The position numbers and the translations under genes were made by a program. Shown here piece by piece: positions 32,213-39,446 of a stretch of DNA of 64,000 bases. The notes beneath the pieces are model-generated. The model saw nothing but the letters and a program-made list of their open reading frames with translations, did not search any database and was not told the origin of the DNA. The stretch is from an uncultured bacterium (GTDB lineage: Bacteria > Krumholzibacteriota > Krumholzibacteriia > JACNKJ01): positions 16,589 to 80,588 of the forward strand of contig CAYNQX010000011.1 in the NCBI GenBank assembly GCA_964399495.1. Reading direction: 5' to 3'. How positions within the stretch are numbered: position 1 is the stretch's first letter; each line of letters begins with the position of its first letter.

Positions 32213-32620
32213 TTAAGAGTCGGTTCCGTTCTCCGGCGCCCGTCGCACCGGCAGTTCACGCGATAGGACCCACCCCTCGAGCATCACGTAGAGAGGGTAG
32301 CTCAGGCCCACCGCGATCAGATAGTGGCGGAGGCTCCAGTCAAGCCGGTACCGGACGACGAGCGCCACGGCGGCCAGCATGAGGGCCCGGATCAACAGCC
32401 CCGTGAAGAAGATCCGCATGAAGCGGATGTTGGAGGCGCCCAGCGCCGCCCTCACAGGGAAGAAGCTCGCCACGGCGCTCAGCGCCGCCGCGATGATACC
32501 GGCCGCGGCGCCCGGGAACTCGCCGGGTTCGCCTTCGCCGATCAGGAGGTCGCCCACCAGGAGCGCCGCCGCGGCGATGGCCACAAGGCCCAGGAGGAAG
32601 CTGATCACTAGACGGTTCAC
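32213..32620 (-). CDS. atpI: ATP synthase protein I (AtpI)-like small hydrophobic protein
   Basis: GTG 32620 overlaps the atpZ stop (GTGA). Four hydrophobic segments. Position upstream of atpB. The long ORF-track frame (start 32902) overlaps atpZ in another frame and is rejected. Confidence 0.55.
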   Translation of the reverse strand: MNRLVISFLLGLVAIAAAALLVGDLLIGEGEPGEFPGAAAGIIAAALSAVASFFPVRAALGASNIRFMRIFFTGLLIRALMLAAVALVVRYRLDWSLRHYLIAVGLSYPLYVMLEGWVLSRELPVRRAPENGTDS

Positions 32621-32902
32621 GGCTCGTCCGGCTTCCCTTCCTCGTCGGCCTCTTCTTCCTTCTTCTTCTCGTGGACCTTCGTCTCCACCCGGACCACCTC
32701 GCGGTAGATCCAGAGGAATCCGCCCACCGCTCCCAGGGCGACGCCCACCAGCGTGAAGACCGGCAGCGTGCCCAGCTTCCCGTCCAACCACCACCCACCA
32801 AGGGCGTAGAGCGCCACAGAGGCCGCGTACGTGATGCCCAGGTGCGCATAGGACAGGGCGGAAACGTCGTGACGCCGCGCTGTCGTAAGGCGCCTTGACC
32901 AT
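32617..32902 (-). CDS. atpZ: AtpZ/AtpR-family small membrane protein, first gene of the atp operon
   Basis: ...GGWWLDGKLGTLPVFTLVGVALGAVGGF... matches the AtpZ/ATPase_gene1 motif (G..LD...GT.P.F...G...G). Followed by a Lys/Glu-rich tail. Confidence 0.6.
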
Positions 32903-32958
32903 CGTTTCAGTCGACCCTGTCGACTCATGGCTCAGGCCTTACGGTGCTGGTAGCTGTT

Positions 32959-32987
32959 TGGGAACTTGGAGCCGGGTCAGAATAGTC
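32959..32987 (-). promoter_or_regulatory. candidate sigma-70 promoter of the atp operon
   Basis: On the minus strand TTGATT-17 nt-TATTCT, about 55 nt upstream of the atpZ ATG. Confidence 0.3.
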
Positions 32988-33403
32988 AGGCCACTAAACG
33001 GAATCAAGCAGAGAATGCGGAAAAGATCACAAGCGGGCCGGGAATCTCCCTCCGGCGCAAGAATGACCGGATAGACGAAGGGGCCCACCGATTTGGCGGG
33101 CCCCAGACGCACTTGCTAAAAGCCAATGGGTGGAGATCCGTGTCCGGGTAAGGCGTAGGATGGCCCGCCTCCCCGGAGAAGCCGGCTACTCCCAGAGCAC
33201 CTTGCGAGGCTCCGAGACCAGAACCGCCAGCAATCTCAGAATCGCGAGTAGCGGATCGGCACCGAAAGTGCCCTCCTTCCTGTCGCGTTCTTCTGCTACC
33301 CATTGTCCTCTCAACGCCTGCCTCCCTGATTTATAGCGATCCGCCGCCCTCCCCGAAGGGATGATCGGCGCCATGGCAGCTCAAACGGGTCTGTCCATGG
33401 TTC

Positions 33404-33421
33404 GGTCGACTTTCGTCGACC
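33404..33421 (-). other. stable GNRA hairpin (GGTCGAC-GAAA-GTCGACC) downstream of the micropeptide pair, preceded by a second GC stem (CACCGCC...GGCGGTG at about 33422-33455); a 3' structure/terminator without a U-tract
   Basis: Perfect 7-bp stem with GAAA tetraloop. The adjacent stem-loop is read on the minus strand directly after the pep1 stop. Confidence 0.35.
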
Positions 33422-33474
33422 TCCACCGCCTTGAACCGGGGGAGGTTCGGGCGGTGATTCGATGACCGGGCTTG

Positions 33475-33540
33475 CTACCACCAGGTCTTGGTCAGGTAAA
33501 TCCCACTGGCCGAAATCATGGCCATGAAGACGATAAACAT
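33475..33540 (-). CDS. small ORF: 21-aa hydrophobic micropeptide MFIVFMAMISASGIYLTKTWW
   Basis: ATG with AAGGAGG 8 nt upstream. The C-terminus LTKTWW is shared with the neighbouring peptide. The 15-bp repeat ccaccaggtcttggt encodes TKTWW. Confidence 0.45.
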   Translation of the reverse strand: MFIVFMAMISASGIYLTKTWW

Positions 33541-33623
33541 TTGGAAGACCTCCTTGTCTCGATCACTTGCCAATCGTGCGGACTCGGCGTGATGGTCTGT
33601 CGTCCCCGAGTATCGAACGAGGC

Positions 33624-33707
33624 CTACCACCAGGTCTTGGTCCACCAGGTCTTGGTCAGCCAGGCGGTGTAGGCTCCGGTCAGCGCGGTCAGCATGGTGA
33701 TCAACAT
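33624..33707 (-). CDS. small ORF: 27-aa hydrophobic micropeptide MLITMLTALTGAYTAWLTKTWWTKTWW
   Basis: ATG with GGGAGG 7 nt upstream. About 47 nt downstream of the predicted sigma-54 TSS. TKTWW is duplicated. The 94-aa ORF-track frame extends upstream through the low-complexity, promoter-containing sequence and is rejected. Confidence 0.5.
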   Translation of the reverse strand: MLITMLTALTGAYTAWLTKTWWTKTWW

Positions 33708-33763
33708 CTTCTTTCCTCCCTTGGTGTCCTCCGGGTTTCCCCGGCTGTCTTCACCCTTCTCAT

Positions 33764-33779
33764 TGCAACCGAAGTGCCA
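33764..33779 (-). promoter_or_regulatory. sigma-54 (RpoN) promoter, consensus -24/-12 elements
   Basis: The minus strand reads TGGCAC-ttcgg-TTGCA (exact TGGCAC-N5-TTGCW). The GC of -12 is at 33767/33766, predicting a TSS near 33754. It lies directly downstream of the sigma-54 EBP gene and upstream of the micropeptide ORFs. Confidence 0.6.
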
Positions 33780-33889
33780 TGAATCGACCTCATCGGCCGC
33801 CAGGACTCCGACGCCACGCAACTCATTTGTTGTCAGGGAGATAGAGAGGGCTCGACTCACTACTGAAGGCAGGTGCGAGAAAAAGAAAA

Positions 33890-33905
33890 GTCGCCGATCG
33901 GCGAC
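33890..33905. promoter_or_regulatory. perfect 16-bp palindrome GTCGCCGATCGGCGAC, a candidate EBP upstream activating site about 125 bp upstream of the sigma-54 promoter; a second palindrome GCGCCAAGGCGC lies at 33921-33932
   Basis: The palindromes sit at a distance typical for enhancer sites of bacterial EBPs. Confidence 0.35.
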
Positions 33906-33993
33906 CATTTGAGAGCATAAGCGCCAAGGCGCTGATTTCAGCGAAGATAAGATCTCATCAATTCGGCTACACTATGTCGCCATTCGGCGCCAA

Positions 33994-35727
33994 TTATTCG
34001 CCGCGAGAAGCCCTGAGGCCCAGCGCCTTGAGCTTCCTGTGGAGGTACTGACGGGAGATCCCGAGCCGCTCGGCCGCCCGGTTCACGCGGCCGCCGCACT
34101 GGGCCAGGGTCGCCGCGATCTTCTCGCGCTCCACCCGGATCACCAGGGCCTTGAGCGTCTCGTCCGCCGGAGAGTCGGCCGCCGGATGCGCGCCGGGCCT
34201 GGGGGCGTCCAGGGCCAGGTGCTCCTCGCCCATGCGCGGCCCGCCGTCGAACAGGGCCAGGCTGCGTTCGATGCACTTCTCGAGCTGGCGGATGTTGCCC
34301 GGCCAGGCCTCGGCCTCGAGCCTGCGCAGGGCCGCCGCCGTGAAGCGGGGCGCCTCCAGCCCGAGACGCTCGGCATAGAGGCCGAGGAAGTGCTCGGCCA
34401 GCAGGGTCACGTCCTCGGGGCGGTCGCGCAGGGGAGGCAGATCCACCGTGAGCACGTTGAGCCGGTAGTACAGGTCTTCCCTGAACTCCTTGCGGGACAC
34501 GCGCTCCTCGAGATCCACGTGAGTGGCCGCGATCACCCGCACGTCCACCCGGATATCCCCCTGGCCGCCGACCCTGCGGAGCTCGCCGGCCTCCAGGACC
34601 CGGAGCAGCTTCACCTGCAGCGAGTGAGGCATCTCTCCGACCTCGTCCAGAAACAGCGTGCCGCCGTCGGCCTGCTCGAAGAGGCCGGCCCGGCTCTGCT
34701 CGGCGCCCGTGAAGGCGCCCTTCACGTGCCCGAAGAGCTCGGCCTCGAGCAGGTTCTCGGGAATGGCGCCGCAGTTGATCGCCACGAAGGGCTGGTCGGC
34801 CCAGGGACTCTCGGTGTGGAGCGCCCGGGCGATGAGCTCCTTGCCGGTGCCCGTTTCGCCCGTAACCCGCACGGTGCTGCGATAGCGCGTCATGCGGCGG
34901 AGCCGGTCGATCACGCCCAGCATCGCGGGGCTGGCCGCCAGGATACGGCCGAACTGGGTCCGCTCGCCGAGGGCGCCGCGCAGCTCCTCGTTCTCGGCCT
35001 GGAGCTGGCGAGTTTCGTCGCGGGCCTCCTCGAGCTCTTCCAGGCGCAACATGGCGGCGGCCGCCAGGCGCGAAAACACCTCGAGCACGGGCACGTCGTT
35101 GCGCCCGAACTGACCGGCCTGGGAGCCGTCGAGGTAGAGCACGCCGAGCAGGCGCTCGCCGGCGAGCAGCGGCGTCGCCACCACGGTCTCGAGATCCAGA
35201 TCGAGGATGCTCTGGCGCTCGAGCCCCTCGCGAGCCACGCGCCCCTGATGCACGACGCTGCGACGCTCGACGAGCGCGTCCCTCACCACCGAGCGGCTGA
35301 TGGCGCTGAACTCGGCGCCCTCGGGCCTGGCGAGGTCGATGCGGAGGGCTCCCTCCTTGTCGATGCGGAAGAACGCGGCCCGTTCGCCGCCCACCAGTTC
35401 CAGACCCACGTCCAGCACGCGCTCCGGCAGCCGGGCCGTGTCGCCGGCCACCAGCACCTCGGTGTTGGCTTCCAGAAGGTCCAGCAGCCGCGCGTGGGAA
35501 CGATCGAGGCCTTCGAGCTCGCCGAGACGATCGCGCAGCTCGCGAATCTGCCCTCGCAGGCGCTCGGATTCCCAGGCCTCGCTGCCGCCCGATGCTGACG
35601 ACTGCTTTGCGGGCTCGGATTCCTTCGCCGGCGCGGGTGCCGCGGCGGCGGACTTGCCCAGCAGCTTCTCCAGAGCCGGAGACCGGGCAGGCAGGGACGA
35701 CTTGGATTTCGAGGAGTCATCGGACAT
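33994..35727 (-). CDS. sigma-54-dependent transcriptional activator (EBP) with an N-terminal GAF sensory domain and a C-terminal Fis-type HTH
   Basis: AAA+ sigma-54 interaction domain ([14 protein letters not shown] motif in [25 protein letters not shown], arginine finger region). A GAF-like region lies upstream. C-terminal HTH ...[23 protein letters not shown] 35727 with GAGAGG upstream. The ORF-track start at 35754 is also possible. Confidence 0.85.
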   Translation of the reverse strand: MSDDSSKSKSSLPARSPALEKLLGKSAAAAPAPAKESEPAKQSSASGGSEAWESERLRGQIRELRDRLGELEGLDRSHARLLDLLEANTEVLVAGDTARLPERVLDVGLELVGGERAAFFRIDKEGALRIDLARPEGAEFSAISRSVVRDALVERRSVVHQGRVAREGLERQSILDLDLETVVATPLLAGERLLGVLYLDGSQAGQFGRNDVPVLEVFSRLAAAAMLRLEELEEARDETRQLQAENEELRGALGERTQFGRILAASPAMLGVIDRLRRMTRYRSTVRVTGETGTGKELIARALHTESPWADQPFVAINCGAIPENLLEAELFGHVKGAFTGAEQSRAGLFEQADGGTLFLDEVGEMPHSLQVKLLRVLEAGELRRVGGQGDIRVDVRVIAATHVDLEERVSRKEFREDLYYRLNVLTVDLPPLRDRPEDVTLLAEHFLGLYAERLGLEAPRFTAAALRRLEAEAWPGNIRQLEKCIERSLALFDGGPRMGEEHLALDAPRPGAHPAADSPADETLKALVIRVEREKIAATLAQCGGRVNRAAERLGISRQYLHRKLKALGLRASRGE

Positions 35728-35814
35728 TTCGGGACCTCTCGGGAAACGGTGCACCCGGGAGTGTAACCAAAATGCGCCAACTCGTCAATTCAGGCCGGAT
35801 TTGTCTCGTATCGG

Positions 35815-36804
35815 CTACAGGTCCGTGTTGTGGAGCTCCTGGCGAACCCGCTCGAGCACCTTCTCGCGGATCGCCGACTCCTCGCCGCGAAGTTCGCAGC
35901 CCGAGGCGGCGAAGTGACCGCCGCCGCCGAAGTGGACGGCCACGGCCTGCACGTTCACGCGCCCCTTGCCCCGGAAACCCACCTTCCACTCGCCGTCCTC
36001 GGCGAGCTTCATCTGCACGACCACCTCCACCGGCTCCAGACTCCTCGGCAGGTTGATGAAGTCGTCCTCGCCGAAGAGCGGAATCGCCTCGGGCGGCAGG
36101 CCGTTGGGCGTCAGGGTGAGCAGCGCGATGCGGTCGTCCTCGTAGAGCTTCAGCGACTCGAGGGCGCGGCGCATCAGCATGAGGTAGGCGGGATGCTTGC
36201 GATCGTGAACCTTCGCCGAGATCGCCGAGGGCTCGGCGCCGCGCTCCACCAGGAAGCTCGCCGCCCGGAACATCGGAGCGTCGGCGTTCTGATGCCGGAA
36301 GCCGCCGCTGTCGGTCATGATGCCGGTGTAGAGGCAGGTGGCGGTGTCCACGTCGATCGCATCGGGGTCGTAGGCGTGGATGAGATCGAAGATCTGCAGC
36401 GCGGCCGCGCCGTAGCTCGTGTCCTTGAGGTCGTGAGGGTCGTAGTCGCTGCCGCCGATGTGGTGGTCGATGCGCAGGACGCGCTCGAAGTCGCCGTCGT
36501 CGAAGCCGGTGCGGTCGAGACCGGTGCTGTCCACCACCACGTAGAGCGTGTCGGCGAACTCGGGATTGCGCACCTCGTCGCGGCCGTCCTCGATCTCGTC
36601 GAAGCCCGGCAGGTAATCGAACTTGGGCGAACGGGGAAAGGGGCCGAAGACGGCCACGTCCACGCCCTTGGCGTCGAGGAAGCGGGCGAGGGCGAGGCAG
36701 GAGCCGAGAACGTCTCCGTCCGGATGCTTGTGCAGCAGCAGGCGCACCCGCTTCTGGGCCAGCAGGAACTCGGCGGTATCACGCAAGGTGGCGACGTCGA
36801 ACAT
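35815..36804 (-). CDS. nrnA: DHH/DHHA1 phosphoesterase, NrnA-like bifunctional oligoribonuclease/pAp phosphatase
   Basis: DHH motif (RIDHHIGG), DHHA1 motif (GGGGHFAASG). Confidence 0.75.
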   Translation of the reverse strand: MFDVATLRDTAEFLLAQKRVRLLLHKHPDGDVLGSCLALARFLDAKGVDVAVFGPFPRSPKFDYLPGFDEIEDGRDEVRNPEFADTLYVVVDSTGLDRTGFDDGDFERVLRIDHHIGGSDYDPHDLKDTSYGAAALQIFDLIHAYDPDAIDVDTATCLYTGIMTDSGGFRHQNADAPMFRAASFLVERGAEPSAISAKVHDRKHPAYLMLMRRALESLKLYEDDRIALLTLTPNGLPPEAIPLFGEDDFINLPRSLEPVEVVVQMKLAEDGEWKVGFRGKGRVNVQAVAVHFGGGGHFAASGCELRGEESAIREKVLERVRQELHNTDL

Positions 36805-36962
36805 GGATCCTCCACACGGGCTACGGTCTTGGGAAGCCGCTCAATATAGCCTCTCCTCGCTCGCGAAGCCAGCCCCAAGGAGAGCGGACTTGCCGCGGAG
36901 GGCGCGGGGCGCTAGGCTTCGCGCTCGGAGGCGGCGTTCCGCCACCCACCTGAAAGGGGAAG

Positions 36963-37322
36963 ATGATGCGCCAGCACGTGACCCTGCTCGCGGCCCTGCT
37001 CATCGCTCACAGCGCACTGGGCCTGCTGATCGCCGCGATCGTGTTCGTTTCGGTGGCGGGCGGCGGCATGCTGTCCGGCGACGCGGAGGCGATGCTCATC
37101 ACCGGCACCGTGGCCACCATCATCGGCGGCTTCTTCGCCTCGATCGCCCTGCCGGGTCTGATCGCCGGCTTCGGCCTGCTCTCCTTCAAGCCCTGGGCGC
37201 GAATCCTCGCCATGATCGTGTGCATCCTCGGCCTGCTGAACGTTCCGCTGGGCACCGCGCTCGGCATCTACGGAATCTGGGCGCTGGCGAAGGAGGAGTC
37301 GTCGGAGCTGTTCCGGGGATGA
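36963..37322 (+). CDS. small hydrophobic membrane protein (3-4 TM), unknown function
   Basis: Strongly hydrophobic. The stop overlaps the start of the downstream dehydrogenase (ATGA). Confidence 0.5.
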   Translation: MMRQHVTLLAALLIAHSALGLLIAAIVFVSVAGGGMLSGDAEAMLITGTVATIIGGFFASIALPGLIAGFGLLSFKPWARILAMIVCILGLLNVPLGTALGIYGIWALAKEESSELFRG

Positions 37323-38464
37323 CGCGCATCGGACCCGCTATTCGCGTCTCCCTATTCGCGGTGATTGCGGCGATGCCGTTCCTCGATTGCTCACACGGCG
37401 GTGGGGATCTGCCCCCGGCATCGCGGGACACCCTGATCGACGGACTGGCCCAGCCCATCGACCTGAGCCTCCACCCGGAGGGCGATCTTCTCATCGCCCT
37501 GAAGCCGGGGGAGATCCTCCGCATCGATCCCGTCACCGACACCGAACACTTCCTCAGCTATCTCAGCCTCGACGATGTGGATCATGCGGGAGAAAGGGGG
37601 CTCATCTCCTTTGCGCTCGCTCCCGACTTCGACATGACGCAACGCGTCTACGTGTACTACAGCAAGGCGTCGCGTTCTCGTTTTCGCGTATCCCACTTCA
37701 CCGAACATGAGGGGCGTCTGGATCCGGACAGCGAACAACTCGTATGGGAGAACCCCGACGTCTGCAACGGCGGCGTCCACTTTGGCGGCGACCTCACCTT
37801 CGGTCCGGATGGGAAGCTCTTCTTCACGACAGGGGATGAGGCCTCCGAAGCTCTGCCCCAGGACCTGACCAATGCCTGCGGCAAGGTATTCAGGCTGGAT
37901 CCCGACGGAAGCGTTCCCGCCGACAATCCATGGTCGGACGGCGAGGGGGCGAATCAGGATGGCGTCTGGGCCATGGGACTCCGAAACCCATTCCGCGCGA
38001 CCTGGGACCTCCCATCCGGACGCTTCTTCATCGCGGAGGTCGGCGGCAATAACCACGTAACGGCCTGGGAGGACCTTCACCTCGGCAATCCCGGAGCGAA
38101 TTACGGATGGCCGCCCTGCGAAGGGCCCTGCGATTCCCCTATCGCGAACTGCGACTGCGATTCCCACGATCCCCCCATCTGGGCCTACCCCCACGGGGGC
38201 AGCGGCGCTGCGTTCGTGGGAGGGTTCGTCTACCGGCATGACGGAGGCTTGGCCGCGCTGCAAGAGACCTTCATCTGCGGCGACTATGTGCAGGGCTGGA
38301 TCAAGGCGCTGCGCTTCTCGGAGGATGGTCGGCGCGTCGAATCCACGAGCGTGATCATTCGGGACGCGGGACTCGTGGTGTCGCTGATTCAGGGCCGAGA
38401 GGGGGAGATCTACTTCGCGGACCTGATGGGCTCAGTTCAGAGGCTGAGGTTCGACTCGCCGTGA
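37319..38464 (+). CDS. soluble PQQ-dependent aldose sugar dehydrogenase-like beta-propeller protein (GSDH/YliI family)
   Basis: ...DTLIDGLAQPIDLSLHPEGDLLIALKPGEILRID... and the repeated propeller blades are typical of glucose/sorbosone dehydrogenases. Signal peptide MTRIGPAIRVSLFAVIAAMPF. ATG 37319 is in frame with the long ORF-track frame, whose upstream part is antisense to nrnA and rejected. Confidence 0.6.
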   Translation: MTRIGPAIRVSLFAVIAAMPFLDCSHGGGDLPPASRDTLIDGLAQPIDLSLHPEGDLLIALKPGEILRIDPVTDTEHFLSYLSLDDVDHAGERGLISFALAPDFDMTQRVYVYYSKASRSRFRVSHFTEHEGRLDPDSEQLVWENPDVCNGGVHFGGDLTFGPDGKLFFTTGDEASEALPQDLTNACGKVFRLDPDGSVPADNPWSDGEGANQDGVWAMGLRNPFRATWDLPSGRFFIAEVGGNNHVTAWEDLHLGNPGANYGWPPCEGPCDSPIANCDCDSHDPPIWAYPHGGSGAAFVGGFVYRHDGGLAALQETFICGDYVQGWIKALRFSEDGRRVESTSVIIRDAGLVVSLIQGREGEIYFADLMGSVQRLRFDSP

Positions 38465-38465
38465 T

Positions 38466-39371
38466 TCACTTGCCGACTCCCGCTGCTCGCACCACCGGAA
38501 CAGACTCCCGACGTCGAGCCTCACGCTTGTAGCGCCAGGCCCAGCGGATCGCATCCCGTTCGCACTCCCGGACGCACTCACCGCAAGCGAAGCAATCCGA
38601 GGTCTGGCGTCCCGCGCCGACCTTCTGACTGAGCGAGGCGCAGGGCGTCGCCGTCAGGCAGTCGCCGCAGCGATTGCAAGTGGCGGTCACCCCCAACTCG
38701 AGCAGGCTGATCCGTTCGAAGGCCCACGCCAGCAGACCCACCGGGCACACGGCGGAGCAGAAGGGGCGATGTACGATGAAGCTCGTAAAAACGAGGAACG
38801 CGAAGGGCAGCCACACCGCAGTCGAGTTCCAGCCCCGCCAGTCGAATGCTTTCGCCGGATCGATCCAGTCGTAGAGGATCACCGACTTCCATGCGAGCAG
38901 CCCCCCGAACACGATGAGTAGACCGATCCGCAGAGCGACCCCGACCCTCATCGGAATCACTCGAAGGCGGCGGCGGCGGAGCTTGCCGGTCAACTCCTGC
39001 ACGAAACCCACAGGACACACCCAGCCGCAGAAGAGACGCCCACCGGCCAGCGTCGAGATCATGATGACGGCCAGGAGAACGAACATGCCGATGGCGGGAG
39101 CGCCGTAATAGATCGGCAGCACGATGCTGTGGCTGAAGGCAGTGAGCGGTAAGGGATTCAGGTCGATGTAATACACGATTCGCGGGAAGAGGGACGCCAG
39201 GACTCCACCGAGCAGGAGGAAGGCGACAACTCGATGGACCACCGGTAGCCATCGCCGACGACGGAAGAGGCTGAGATGCCCCACCCCTGCAAGGAGAAGC
39301 AGGAAGACGGTGACATAGGTCCAACTGTGAACCTGCTCGTAGAAGTTCTTCCAGAGAACGTCGAGCATCAT
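38466..39371 (-). CDS. membrane-bound 4Fe-4S polyferredoxin, NapH/MauN/NosR-C-like
   Basis: Several TM helices. Two CxxCP motifs on the cytoplasmic side (CGWVCPVG, CSAVCPVG) plus ferredoxin-type CNRCGDC...CASL and CFACGECVREC. Confidence 0.65.
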   Translation of the reverse strand: MMLDVLWKNFYEQVHSWTYVTVFLLLLAGVGHLSLFRRRRWLPVVHRVVAFLLLGGVLASLFPRIVYYIDLNPLPLTAFSHSIVLPIYYGAPAIGMFVLLAVIMISTLAGGRLFCGWVCPVGFVQELTGKLRRRRLRVIPMRVGVALRIGLLIVFGGLLAWKSVILYDWIDPAKAFDWRGWNSTAVWLPFAFLVFTSFIVHRPFCSAVCPVGLLAWAFERISLLELGVTATCNRCGDCLTATPCASLSQKVGAGRQTSDCFACGECVRECERDAIRWAWRYKREARRRESVPVVRAAGVGK

Positions 39372-39446
39372 GGCCCCCGATCGAACACGCCGATGCGGGA
39401 TTCTTGAGCTTATCGAGAAGTCTGTCCAGGGAAACCTGGCAATCGA

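Noticed and set aside
32903-33474. tRNA, tmRNA, RNase P or SRP RNA in the long non-coding stretch
   Set aside because: No T-loop GGTTCGAAT, no tmRNA resume-tag or CCA end, and no RNase P CR-I/CR-V or SRP domain IV consensus was recognisable by eye.
33475-33707. Trp-tandem peptides as a trp-operon-type attenuator leader
   Set aside because: There are no trp biosynthesis genes or any plausible regulated ORF downstream. The hairpins lack U-tracts. The idea is kept only as a minor alternative.
33624-33908. 94-aa ORF-track frame containing pep2
   Set aside because: The upstream 67 codons are low-complexity and span the sigma-54 promoter and 5' leader. An internal ATG with a GGGAGG SD gives the 27-aa peptide, paralogous to pep1.
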